Source: Cetorhinus maximus (Eukaryota). Taken from it: DNA of 64,000 nt. Below the pieces are notes generated by a model. That model did not search any database. It had not been told where the DNA came from and saw only the letters and a list, made by a program, of their open reading frames with translations. Location: positions 9,052,001-9,116,000 of the forward strand of contig NC_135886.1 in the NCBI RefSeq assembly GCF_964194155.1, in the 5' to 3' direction. Each line of letters starts with the position of its first letter. Positions within the stretch are counted from its first letter, which is position 1. A program made the position numbers and the translations under genes. Positions 25,105 through 37,812 of this stretch are shown here, piece by piece.

Positions 25105-25430
25105 TGAAAGAAAGATTTGCATTGCCATAGCACCTTTCTTGAACTCAGGATGCCCAAAAGTGCTTTACAGCCACTTAAGTCCTTTTGAAATGTACTCACT
25201 GTTGCAATGTGGGAAATGCAGTGCTCAATTTGTACACAGCAAGCTCCCAGTAACAGAAACATAATAAATTACCATTTTCTAGCGTTGGTTGAAGATAAAA
25301 TCTCCAGGATACGAGACAGAATTTGTGCTCCTTTTTGAATAGCACCATGGCATCTTTACCGTCTACTCAAGAGGGCAGATTGGGCTTTGGTTTAATGCCT
25401 CATCCAAGAGATGGCACCTCCAAGAGTGTC
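25105..25430 (-). mobile_element. Deu-domain SINE (SacSINE1-like)
   Basis: Reverse complement of the gggagcttgctgtgcacaaattg...cattacaacagtgactacacttcaaaag block. Other copies at about 8090-8240, 27330-27570 and 33430-33820. Confidence 0.6.
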
Positions 25431-26856
25431 AGCCCAAGGAGTACCGAGTCTAACCTTGAAACAGACCATGCAGTAAATCTCTCCTTGCCATTCCCTTAAA
25501 GAAAAGAAAATGCTAACCTATTCTCTTACTAAAATTGACCAATGATTTCTTTCTGAACCAAGACAGCCATAACTTTTGTTAAAAAAAAATGTAATCTTAG
25601 TGCGTGATGCTATAAAAACAAACTCCAGCTCTGCTCAGTTTCATCCAAGGCAATTGATGTCATTAATTTCTCTAAGAGAAATATCCCGCAGTGGCTCAAC
25701 AGCAGAGACTAACTCACCATATATAACCTCACAACAACTTTAATAGGTCTCCTGCAGTACTGCTCACGACGAGTTGGAGGACAGGCTGTATTTTTAAAAT
25801 ATTGGTGCCATCATAAGTGCAATGGGAGAAGTGCTACAGGAAGTGTATACCACATGCAAAGTGAAAATGCCCCGAAGCAAACATCATTGCGCCAGATGCA
25901 CTTAATACGTTTAAAAAAAATAAAAGTTTTAAAGCTTAAACTAAAAAAAAACGCTCACCTTGCTAAGGTAGTCAATCAACAGTATATATACATTTATGCA
26001 GTTTGAAAACCACTACGCACATGGCAACTGAAGGCATGGCCACAAATGGAGGAGCGATTAAAATTGGGCAGGCTGAAGAGGCTGGAGTTAGAGAAGTACA
26101 GATAGCTCAGAGGGTTGTGGGGCTGGAGGAAATGACAGAGATTGAGGGAGAGGCGAGGCCATGGACGGATTTGAAAACAAGGATAAGATTGTTAAAACTG
26201 AGTCACTGCTTAACCGGGAAACAATCTAGGTCAGTGAACAGAGGGGCGATGGGTGAACGGGACTTAGTGCGAGCTAGAACATGAGTAGTAGAGTTTGGAT
26301 GTGCTCAAGTTTGCGGAGGGTAGATTGTGAGAGGCCAGCCAGCAGTGCATTGGAACAGTCAAGTCTAGAGGTAATGAACAATTAGCATCAAAACCTCAGA
26401 ACCCATGGGTGAGAGGGAATCTGAGAAACTTAGTCAGCTTTCTACTAGTGGTCGCTAGCCAGCAACTCCTACAGGAATTGTGCTATACTGAGAATGAGAG
26501 GCCAGGGGAGTATCAGCTTCAGTTGTGATGCCCTCCACTTTTGAACAAGCTGCTGTCACACGCCCATTAAGAATAGCTGCTTGGATGAGGTGTCTCCTGG
26601 AATCACTCCAGCAAGGGTCAGTGCCTTCAGAAAAGGAAACAAAATAAAACAAACTTGCATTTCCATAGCATCTTTTAACATCCTAAAGACAGGCTAATGA
26701 GACTCTCAGCCAATGAATTACTTTTGAAGTGTTGTTACCGATGAGGAGGTTGATAAAAATAGAAATTTGGTGCAGTTTGGAAAGCAAAGAGTTATCAATA
26801 TAAAGAACAAAATGCTCGAGATAACTGGTCTAATGAGTAGCAGATAACCCAGTTAC

Positions 26857-26980
26857 CATCACACGGTACTCCTTGTAGCTCAATATTGGTCATCTTGGGT
26901 TTCTTCTTTGGGGGCTGCGATCCATCAGTGGATGCCTGCCGCTTCTTCTCTGGGTTGCTCAAGTCGTCAGTTCCGGAATT
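26857..26980 (-). CDS. RBBP5: RBBP5 exon 13
   Basis: NSGTDDLSNPEKKRQASTDGSQPPKKKPKMTNIELQGVPCD, 124 nt, with an NLS-like PKKKPK. Confidence 0.92.
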
Positions 26981-27679
26981 CTGCCAAGACACAGATGTCA
27001 GACAAAGCCTTAAAATATGGAGTACAATTTTACTCGCTCTCTGTAAGAACCATCCTGCGTACATTGGGTTGACCAGTCTCGATCATAAAATTAGTGTAGT
27101 ACAGAAGCCCCATCAGGGTGAGTGATTACTTTGTTGTAGAACTCGAAACCAGAACGAACATCCACCACTATCCTGCTCCCTGCTACCCAATCAGTCAGAG
27201 ATCAAGTATTCCTTTGCTCCATTTACTATTGATAACATTTATGGGTTTTTTTTCCTAATTATGCCACTGTGAGCTGTTACAAGATATTCCACTACATTAA
27301 GGGCACTGCATATATCTAAGATTTTAAAGACTAGCATTTGTATAGCGCCTTTCAGAACCTCAAGATGTCCCTAATGGAATGAAGTACATTTTTGAAGTCC
27401 AGTCACTGCTGTAATGTAGGAAATATGGCAGTCAATATGCACACATCAAGGTCTTATAAACAGCAATGTGATAATGACCAGATCATCTATTTTAGGTGTT
27501 GGTTGAGAGATAAATGTTGACCAGAGCTCCAGGGAGAAACGCCTCTGCTCCTCTTCACCTAGTGATGTGGATTCTTTTACATCAAGCAGAGATTGTGGTG
27601 CCGGGTGCGATGGGATGGGGAGGGAGTGGTGAGTGCAGAGGACAGAAAGATTAAGTAGCATTAATCTAAGACATTCGAA

Positions 27680-30095
27680 CATACTAATTAGGAGCAGGAG
27701 TAGGTCACTCGACCCCTCAACCTGCTCCAGCATTCAATAAGATCATGGCTGATCTGACTGTAACCTCAACTCCACATCCCCGCCAACCCCAGAAAACCTT
27801 TCACCCTGTTGCTTATCAAGAATTTATCTAGCTCTGTCTTAAAGCTATTCAAAGGCTCTGCTTCCACTGCCTTTTGAGGATGAGAATTCCAAAGAATCAC
27901 AACCCTCGGAGAAATAATTTCTCCTCATCTCTGTCTTAGATGGGTGGCCCCTTATTTTTTAAACAATGGCCGCTAGTTCTAGACATGGGGCAGAAATTAA
28001 AGCAAGAAATAAAAGCATAAGAACATAAGAAATAGGAACAGGAGTAGACCATTCGGCCTCTCGAGCCTGCTCCAACATTCAATAAGATCATGGCCTGATC
28101 TTCTTGTGTTTCAATTTCCACATTCCCATCTAACCCCGATAACTTTTGATTCCCTTGCCTAACAAGAATCTATCTACCTCTGCCTTAAAAATATTCAATG
28201 ACCCCGCCTCCACCACCTTCTGAAGCAGAGAATTCTAAAGTTGCACAACCCTCAGAAAAAAATTCTCCCCACCTCTGTCCTAAAAGGGCAACCCCTAATT
28301 TTTAAAACAGTGTCCCCGGTTCCAGACTCACCTACAAGAGGAAACATCCTTTCGACATCCACCTAGTCAAGACCGTTCAGGGTCTTGTATACGTCAATCA
28401 AATCACCCCTCACTCTTCTAAACTCCAGTGGAAACAGAAATAAAAAATGCTGGAAAAACTCAGCAGGACTGACAGCACCTGTGGAGAGAAAGACAGAGTT
28501 AACGTTTCAAGTCCATATGATTCTTCTTCAAAGCTCTGAAGAAGGGTCATACAGGCTCAAAATGTTAACTCTGTCTTTCTCTCCACAGATGCTGTCAGTC
28601 CTGCTGAGTTTTTCCAGCATTTTTTGTTTTTGTTTCAGATTTCCAGCATCCACAGTATTTTACCTTTATCCAGTGGAAACAAGCCCAGTCTGTCCAACCT
28701 TTCCTCATAAGTCCACCCACTCATTCCAGGTATCAATCTAGTAAACCTCCTTTGAACCGCCTCCAATGCATTTACATCCTTCCTTAAATGAGACCAAAAC
28801 TGCACACAGTATTCGAGGTGCAGTCTCACCAATACCCTGTATAACTGAAGCATAACATCCTTACTTTTATGTTCAATCCCTCTCGTAATAAAATATAGCA
28901 TCCATTAGCCTTCTTAATTACTTGCTGTACCTGCATACTAACTTTTTGTGACCCGTGTACTAGAACAACTGGATCCCTCTGCACCTCGGAATTATGCAGC
29001 CGTTCTCCATTTAGATAATACTCTGCTTTTTTTGTTCTTCCATTCCACTTTTGCCAAGTGAACAACTTCACATTTTCCCACATTAAATTCCATTTGCCAG
29101 GTCTTTGCTCACTCACTCAACCTATCTTTATCCATCTGCAACCTCCTCATGTCCTCTTCACAACATACTTTCCTACCTATCTTTGTGTCATCTGCTCATC
29201 ATTGTGTCTATAGCTACCAGGTTTTCACTTCCCTCATCTAAGTCATTGATGTAAATTATAAAAAGTTGGGGCCCCAGCACAGATCCCTGTGGGACTCCAC
29301 TCGTCACATCCTGCCAATCAGAAAAAGACCCATTTATGCATACTCTGTTTTCTGCCAGCCAGCCAATCTTCTATCCAATGTGTTACCCCCTACACCATGC
29401 GCTTTTATTTTCCGTAATAATCTTTGATGTGACATCTTATCAAATGACTTCTGGGAATCCAAGTACAGTACGTCTACAGGCTCCCCTTTATCCACTATGC
29501 ATGTTACTCCTTCAAAAAACTCCAATTGGTTAAACATGATTATCCTTTCACAAAACCATGCTGACTTTTCTCGATTGCTCTGAGCTCTTCTAAGTGTCCA
29601 GCTATAACCTCCTTAATGATCGATTCTAATAACTTCCCCATGACAGATGTCAAGCTAACTGGCCTATAGTTTCCTTTTTTCTGCCTCCCTCCCTTCTTGA
29701 ATAGAGAGGTTATATTTGCTACTTTCCAATCTGATGGAACCTTTCCAAAATCTAGCTAATTTTGGAAAATTAACATCAGCACATCAACTAACTCATTAGC
29801 CACCTCTTTTAAGACCCTAGGATGTGGTCCATCAGGACCTGGAGACTTGTCAGCCCACAGCTCCATCAGTTTGCTCAGAACCATTTCGTTGGTGATTTCA
29901 ATTTCACCAAGTTCCTTTCTCCCGTTCACCTCCTGATTTGCAGCTATTACTGGAATATTTCTTGTGTCCTCTATAGTGAACACAGAAGCAACATATTTGT
30001 TCATTTCTTCTGCCATTTCCTTATTATCTACTATTAACTCCCCACTCTCACTCTCTAGAAGACCAACACTCACTTTACTTCCTCTTTTCCTTTTT
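27680..30095 (-). mobile_element. CR1 LINE (about 2 kb, 5'-truncated) plus a short second 3' fragment
   Basis: KSPGPDGPHPRVLKE, VDVLYLDSQKSFDK, LEYCVQFWS.HLRKDV, and a (TTCTTATG)n-type tail at about 28015. Confidence 0.9.
28437..28668. mobile_element. Palindromic Penelope-derived short element inserted in the CR1
   Basis: Long inverted arms (aaatgctggaaaaactcagcagg... / ...cctgctgagtttttccagcattt), 13-bp flanking duplication TCCAGTGGAAACA. Relatives at about 7950-8075, 38715-38856, 41510-41630, 49925-50345 and 52490-52740. Confidence 0.7.
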
Positions 30096-30632
30096 AAGAA
30101 ATAAAACAGAACATGAATTCACACTAAAAAACTTTATATTAATCGTACCTTCAGCAGCAACCTGATGCACAAGCAGCAGTTTTCATTTTTGAATGTTCAA
30201 TATTGGAATTGTTAGACAAAAAAATCCATCGAGTTCACCTTCAACCATGCTTGGTAGTCACATGCTACGATCATGAAATTGTTGCCAAATGATAGCAATC
30301 AACCTCTTTGAATGAGTCTACAACAGACTCCCAACACGAGGAAAAAAAATTCCAGTGAAGAGCTTTGGGATTTACAGATCAAAACTCACTCATTCCTCCC
30401 AAGTTTCCTACACTTGCATGTCTGAAATTACTTAGAGAGAGTCCCAAAATATTAACCCAAAACATTGTTAAGAATGTTTAACACTGTGTAAATGTTGGAT
30501 GCCTATTTACATGGTACCCCCTCAAATGGAATGCTACATCTCACATTAGTAAACCTTTTCCCTACCATAAACATAGGTATATCATGACAGAAAATTGAAA
30601 TATTAAATAAGCTGAGTATTTCTGGGGAAACG

Positions 30633-30833
30633 AAAAGAGACATGCTGTCAAAGCTTTTTGTCTTGCACTCATCCGGACAGATAGAAGAGTGCCAAATTTC
30701 AAAGGGAGCAACAATTTATACTGCATGAGAAAAAGGTGGTGAGTATAAATTGTTGCTCCCTTTGAAATTTGGTTTTCTTTCATCTGAGCTGATGAGTGAA
30801 AGATGGAAAGCTTTGACAGCATGTCTCTATTTT
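30633..30833. repeat. 200-bp imperfect palindrome with two hammerhead-like cores (Penelope-derived)
   Basis: Arms gagacatgctgtcaaagcttt / aaagctttgacagcatgtctc and tttcaaagggagcaacaatttatact / agtataaattgttgctccctttgaaa. Confidence 0.75.
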
Positions 30834-30911
30834 CAGCAATATTAAATAACTATTCATGCAATCACTCCCCACCACCACTGCTGAGTTATGGTGTTAATTC
30901 TCAAATCGCAC

Positions 30912-31017
30912 CTGTACTGCTTCAGGGGGAGGTCCATAAGGATTCTCTTCAGGATCCTCCACTTCTGGAGATATTGGGAGGTAGAGCAGGGCTTTGCAGT
31001 CTTCAAACTCTTCATCA
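30912..31017 (-). CDS. RBBP5: RBBP5 exon 12
   Basis: DEEFEDCKALLYLPISPEVEDPEENPYGPPPEAVQ|gtgcga, 106 nt. Confidence 0.92.
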
Positions 31018-32060
31018 CTAAGGCAAAACAAAGAATGCAGCACATGAAACCACAGACATTTCCCCAAGTTATTAGCTGCTCTATTAACAAGTAGAGAAAG
31101 CAGCTCTCTCCAGCTGTGCTTCCATAAGAAGTGTTACAGCAACAATCATCGAAAGAGAATCTGCCTCACTTAAGACAAAAGGAAAGTGACCGAGGCGGTG
31201 CAGCTAATCAATGAACCAGCGCATTCCAGTCTGAATTCATGAGTGCCCAACTGGAGATTCTTTCTCCCTGGAAGGCATATAGATTTTTTTTTAAAAAACC
31301 TTAAGGCTACAATTCTTGCTAAGGAAACATTCACCGAGCAACAGAAACCATCAAGCTCCTCACCCAAGTGAGGGTAGATTATTAGAAGGCATGACACCAA
31401 TCCAGTACTCAAACTCTCTCCACTTCTGAACCTCAAACTTCCCAGAAGTTGCTGGATAACAATCAGGAGGGAGAACCCTTCTTCGCTCCCCCATTCTAGC
31501 ACAAGGCAATTAGGCCAATTCCAGTTCCCCTATTGACACCCTATGATGATCTAATCTGAATTCAGGACTTTCTGATCTTACTATCTATTTTACAAATTGG
31601 TGCATTCACATTTGCTAGCACGGTGCATAATCACAAGGTGTATCCAAGAATGCAGTAGTGCATTAATGATAGAGCAGTATTTCTACATTGGAGAAGCATT
31701 CACTTTCTTTGCATGATAAAGATTACTGCCCATTGTAAACAGCCTGGAACTCCCAGACACATAAGGAAGCACCTTCACCACGCAGATTGCAACGGTTTAA
31801 AGCAGAAGCTCACCACAACCCTTTCAAGACAACAAGGGATCAGCAATAAAAGCCAGCCTTGCTAGCATCGTTATGTCCCAAGAATGAACTGAAAATAAAA
31901 TTCTATTAGAAGGTCAGGAGGAGGAAGAGGACAATTCGAAGTTGAAACAAGGTTTCTCAAACACTTCTGACAATGTTATGTAACAGCTCAGAGGAATTCC
32001 CCAGCTTCGAATCTAAGTTGATCCATTTCCCCATTAAAGAGCTTATATTCAGTTATCTAC

Positions 32061-32130
32061 CTGCTACAGAAAGCAGCAATAGGGTCTACGGACGTGACAT
32101 CAACCTCTTCATCCTCTGCCGCATCGCCAC
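32061..32130 (-). CDS. RBBP5: RBBP5 exon 11 (WDR5-binding VDV motif)
   Basis: GDAAEDEEVDVTSVDPIAAFCS, 70 nt. Confidence 0.95.
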
Positions 32131-33909
32131 CTGGAAGTGTTTCATACAGAAATAGGTCAAAGTTTAATAACAAAGCAGAGATGCGCAGTTTAGTAACTAA
32201 GTATACAGGGGATGAGGTAGTGCAGGGTAGCACTTATTGGTTCGGTAGCACAATCTACCCATGAAAGAAGCAGAGTCCTTCATGGCCCAAAGCAGTATTA
32301 TCCATATATCTTCTATGGTCTGGCAACACAGTAAGAACTTAAAATGGTCTTCAGTGAAATTTATTAAGATCATTGCTTTGTCTTTGAAGAAAGAAAATAG
32401 ATATTTCCCAGAGGAATCGATATTCCTATGGAGATTATCTAGTCTACATTGTTCTCCTGGATGCTTGATGTATTGATAATGGCATCAGCAATCCCCTCAT
32501 GTTCTTGAGAGGTTAATGCATGCAAGCCTGAAGACTCACGTCAGACCCTCAGACTCTTCTTAAAACCAAGATGACAAGAGCTAAGCTACTTGAAAGGGAA
32601 TTGAGTCAACAAGATCACTAGAAAGACGGGACCTGGACAGTGTCCAACTGAACTGCAGAACTGCTAACTAACAAATGCCTGAATAGTGAGAAAACAAATT
32701 TATTTGATTCATACATGTGAAACAACCTTGGAGTCACAGGAAAACCAATGAAGGTTTCCCAGTCTGGACTAGCAGGGAGGCTCATGGAAAAGCTCTGCCA
32801 GGCAGCATATCAAAGACTCTGTGTTTTCCAGAGTCTTTTAAATAAAATTTTGGACAATTTAAGTATGGTATTGTCAAGTGCTGTACTACTAGTTTCTTGC
32901 TGCATCCTTTTACTTAAGAATTAATTAAATTCTTTTTAAAAACGTGATTATTAACTTCACTCTGAAAAATATATCTGACTATGTAGTGTTTCCAGAGCTT
33001 TTTAATGTTAGCAGGTGCTCTTATGGTGGGCAACTCATGCACATCTTTAGTGCCCAATGTGCTGCCCCATTCGGAGCATGTGTAAAATTGTGTGTTTCAG
33101 ATCTTGAGTCAAGCAGCTCTGCTTGTGTAAGGTGCCTTGTACTGTCAACAGGATGTATAGCTTGAATTGTAACTGTACCAGGTGGCAAGAGATTGATGGG
33201 GGGGTGGTGGGTGGTCACATGGACAACTCCAAGCAACGTATCACATTGTCTGAGCTGTGTGATCATTCAGATGTGCTTGCAGGATTGCATGTGCCTGGGA
33301 CTTTTACAAACAGCCAAAAATATGGAATGAGAAAAAACAATTTCAGCTCATCTAGTCTATTCTTCCCACACATCACATACCCCAAAGTATCAACCCCAAC
33401 TACTTCCGATTTGAGGAAAAGAATAAAGGACTTGGATTTATATTGTGTCTTCAAGATGTCGCAAAGCATTTCACGGTCAATTGATTACTTCTGAGTGGAG
33501 TTATTGTTACGTGGGTAAACAGAAACCAATTTATGCACAGCAACTGCTCAAAAATAGCAAATGAGATGGATGACTGATTCATTCATTCATTAGTGACTTT
33601 GGATTAAAGGGTTAGTGTTGACCAAGACACCAGCAGAGCTCTTTGCTTCTCTGCAAATTGTGCCAACAGAACCGACAGGGCCTCAAGTTTAACATCTCAA
33701 CTAAAAGTCAAGCACTCCCCTCAGTACTATAATGAGGTGTTAACATGGATTACACACACAAGTTGTGGTGTGCAGCTTAAAGCCAAAACTTCGTCTCTCA
33801 GGCTGTGAGAGATTTAACAAGTGAGCCAAACTCTCCAAAATTCCAAAATCAACAAAAATGGCAGGGCAATCAAATCTTCTAATTCTACATTAGATTTCTC
33901 TTACCCACT

Positions 33910-34350
33910 CAATGCGTCAATACGTTGGCTTGGTGGTAGCTCTCTAACCTCGGAGTCGGAAAGCTGCGAGTTCAAGTCCTACTCCAGAGGCTTGAGCACA
34001 TAATCTAGGCTGACAGTTTAGCACAGTACTGAAGGAGTGCTGAGCTATCCAAGGTACAGTCTTTTGGAATAGACATTAAACTGAGGCCCTGTCTCCTCTC
34101 TCAGGTCGGGGTAAAAGAATCCAATACCACCTGATGAACAGGAGAGATGGACTAAGATTCATCCCTCTACAACATCACTGAAACACACGGCCTGCTTATT
34201 ACCTGACTGCAGTTTCTGGGACCTTGCTGTGCGTAAATTAGGTGGCAAATTTCCTACAATACAACACAGTGACTACACTTCAAAAGTATTCTGTTTGTTA
34301 TAAAGAGCTTCGAGGTATCCTGGCACTATATAATTGAAAGTCCTTCTTTT
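33910..34350 (+). mobile_element. Near full-length Deu-domain SINE
   Basis: tRNA-like head with B box gagttcaagtcc, then the Deu block ggaccttgctgtgcgtaaatt and the tail. Confidence 0.65.
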
Positions 34351-34557
34351 AGTGCCTCTAGATTATCTCATCACACTTCATGTTACCTTACTAGCAACTT
34401 CTTCAAGAACAGCATTAGCAGTGATTTGAAAGCAGATACTCTAGGATATAATGGTAAAACAGACAAACAGCATTAACACCACAATCTTCCAGTTGGACCT
34501 GCAGTGCGGTCAGTAATACTTGCCTGCCAAAACTAAAGCAGGGCCAATATTGCTTAC

Positions 34558-34675
34558 CGGTCTGTTCTGGCTCGCTCTTATCTTCATCTTCAATGTCAAA
34601 CTCAGATTCTCTCTCTTCATATTCAACATTCTCGTCTAACTCTTTGAAGTCTGGAGCAAATGCACTCCAGTTTTC
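34558..34675 (-). CDS. RBBP5: RBBP5 exon 10 (activation segment / D/E box region)
   Basis: ENWSAFAPDFKELDENVEYEERESEFDIEDEDKSEPEQT, 118 nt. Confidence 0.95.
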
Positions 34676-35791
34676 CTAAGAGAGAAGCAACCATCTTAGT
34701 CAAACAGGCTCCACCTGGAATACCAAGCTCCAAATATCCAAAACTGAAATAAAGGCTCACCTTCTTAGGAGCGAAAAGGAAGACTGGCAGGTCTATTTGG
34801 AAAAAATAGGTGAGTGATGGGAGGGAACAAGGGAAAGGAGGGGGAGAGAAGGAAACATCTGCTCCAGAGCTGGCCATTGCAGTCTTTTAATTGTGGGATA
34901 GACTCATCCCATTTTCTAGTCAGTCACTTCCAAAAAAGTTTACCCTTATTCCCACTCAAACCATTTTCACTGGTCACATTGCAAAGCAGAGATTAGTCTT
35001 ACAGAAAGCTCCCAAACACCTTAATCATTCCAGAATTAGTCTGCCAGCAAAAACGTACTTCAGCTAGAAGGAAAGAATCTCTCTCCTCCTCACCACTCAT
35101 TCTCCCCATCGCCCACCTACCATCCCATCTCTTTCAACTTCAACTGGGACTACGAATACAGGGATTGCCTACAAGGGGAGCCTGCCTTCAGTTTATTGCG
35201 TCACCCATTTCCTCTCTTCAGCCCCCAATCTCAGCCAGGACTGTCTAGGGAGACAGTGAACTGATAAGAAGGCCACTGAGTTATAAGTTAACTCAACTGT
35301 AAAATTGATCTTTGATGTTCCTCACTGGAAAAGAATAAAACAAGAATCAGAGGCCATATCAGACCCAGCAAATCCCACCTTCAGCTTTCAGACACTCCAC
35401 ACTGATTAGGTTTGGCTGTCGGCTGGTATTTGATTTTTCCCAAGCCATTCAGTCAAAGAATGAAAGTTGCCACAGAGTGAGCCAACAAGATATCTGGTAG
35501 AACAACACGTACATTAAATATGTATTTTTGTGTATTAACATGCATACACACAAATAATTTGCACAGCTGCTTTTTTCACTGCCCGTCTTATTGAAAACCC
35601 TGGTTCAGGCTGGGGTTCTGGAGCCGTGAGACATCCTCTCCGCAATGACCATACCTCACATGGGAGTCGAGACACCAAGTGTGGCCCACACAGTTGGATA
35701 CAATTCACCCTTATCATCTGGCAATAGTTATTCAGATTGGTCACCCTACAGATCCTGGCTCCAAGAAGCTAAAATCAACCCTGGCACTTAC

Positions 35792-35863
35792 CACTTGATT
35801 CTGAGCCCAAATGGACACGACTCCACTGGATATTGAGGCTATGATCGGTCGGACTGGGTGCCA
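35792..35863 (-). CDS. RBBP5: RBBP5 exon 9
   Basis: WHPVRPIIASISSGVVSIWAQNQV, 72 nt. Confidence 0.95.
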
Positions 35864-37002
35864 CTAAGAGGAAATTTTAAAGGGAAGAGAAAAGAAGTTA
35901 ACCTTCATCTCAATTGCAACCATGTCTGAGTTTGAGTGGAATAAGATCTATTCCAAAAATGAATTAAAGAGTCAAATATTCAATGGGAAGCTATAATTTT
36001 AAACATGTTTACAGTACACACTGCCTAGCACTGTTGAAACACATATTGGGAATCTGACTGGAGTTGTCACTGGCCAAAGCATAGAGGGCTTGAAGTTATT
36101 CGAAGTTCCCTCAGCTCAGAAGCAACAGATCTCTTAATCTACTTTCCACAACCAAAGTTAGCTCCTCGAAAAGGTCACATGCAGTTAACCAATATTGAAA
36201 CGTTTAGCTTTATTCCCACTGAGCCAATAGGGTTAGAGGAAGTTGGGTGGGAGGAAACCTGTCAGGATCATAAACCTTAGTCTGAGGTAAAGCAGGGAAT
36301 GAGAGACTGACAAGGGTCGAGGTTCAGCGAGGTGCAGAAGTTTGGGAATGAGAGAGAACTTTTAAGTGCTAGGAGGATCAAGGAACAGGTTAAGGCTGAA
36401 GTGCTGCTGTGTCAGGAACTTGCTGACAATTGTTAGCTGAGTTACAATTTACCTCTTTTTAGATACACTGGTATGTGAATGTGGGGAACAAAAAGCCAAA
36501 ATTCCCCATTCCCCATAATCTGAATGTTTCCCAATTTTCTGCAAGAGAAACAACCAGGAAGCTTGTGCACGGGGTTTCAGAAGCACGTGACAAAAGGATC
36601 AAGGATGGCACAAGCGTTCTGGGTTTGAGTGCAGGCATTACAAGGGCTGACGATTAACCAAATAATCTCACAGGAAATGGCCAGAATCCCCAGCCAAAAT
36701 GTGGAGTATATAAATAAAGTCAAGTTAGAAAAAGATTTGAGGGACAATTTCAGGACACTACACGAATTAAGGGATTTGGCAGGACAGTGGAGTTGAGATA
36801 GATGATCAGAAATGATCTGTTGAATAGTAGAGCAGACTACTGCTGATGGGTCATATGGCTTAATCCTGCTCCTATTTCATTTGATCTTAAACATGGGAGC
36901 ATCCTTACGGTCACTCAACTCGAATCAGGAGACCTCAGTAAGTTGGAGTCTGCCAGCGATTAAGAATGCAACAAAACCAATTAGTCACAAATAGTCACTT
37001 AC

Positions 37003-37156
37003 CGCTACATCCAACAACAGCTCTCCTCGGGTGCCATGTAGAATCTTCACCAGGTTTCCAATGCTCTTCTCCCAGATGTAAAGTGCATGCTGCCGTGCCG
37101 AACCAGCGCAAATGTACTCCCCATCACCAGAAAAACAACATTTCTTCCAGGGTGTC
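37003..37156 (-). CDS. RBBP5: RBBP5 exon 8
   Basis: [51 protein letters not shown], 154 nt. Confidence 0.95.
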
Positions 37157-37692
37157 CTGAGATTAAAATAAACCACCAGGTCACATATTAAAAATAACCA
37201 ACACAAAAATGGAAAGAATCTCTTTAACATGTATACCAGAATGAGATGTAAACATAAGTTATAGATTATACATCACGCTCACCGTACTAATGCCTTGTGA
37301 TTTCTATAAACAAAAAGATTCAACTTATTGAATAAAAACAAGAGGTCTCTGCATTTTTCTATAATTAAACATAAGCAAAAGAAGCAATTTTGAAAGGTGC
37401 CATATCTGACGAGAATTCTTCGATGGAAAGCCATTAAAGAACAAGCATTCTTCCATTTTTCATTAATCTCATGCTCAAATGAATCAACCAAATTTAAAAA
37501 ATGAAGATCTGACACCATCAGGAACTTCAAGTCAGTCTCCTCAACCCCAACAATTTTCAATATGAAAATGGTCAAGAACTATAGCAACACATCCTGTTAA
37601 CTACACTGCTGTATCTATATTATACATACAGTTATGCTGCTGTTAACTAGTCGATTATGCATCTCCAGTAGGGAGTTTAGTTAAGTACCTAC

Positions 37693-37812
37693 CTGTTCAC
37701 CAAGTCCTGCAGCTTCTGCATTGGTTCAGGCTCCCCATCGCGCCCACATGTTAAAATCTCCCGGCCATCGTACACTCGAATTATTCTGTCTGCTGTGTTT
37801 ATAAGGAAACAG
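37693..37812 (-). CDS. RBBP5: RBBP5 exon 7
   Basis: CFLINTADRIIRVYDGREILTCGRDGEPEPMQKLQDLVN, 120 nt. Confidence 0.95.
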
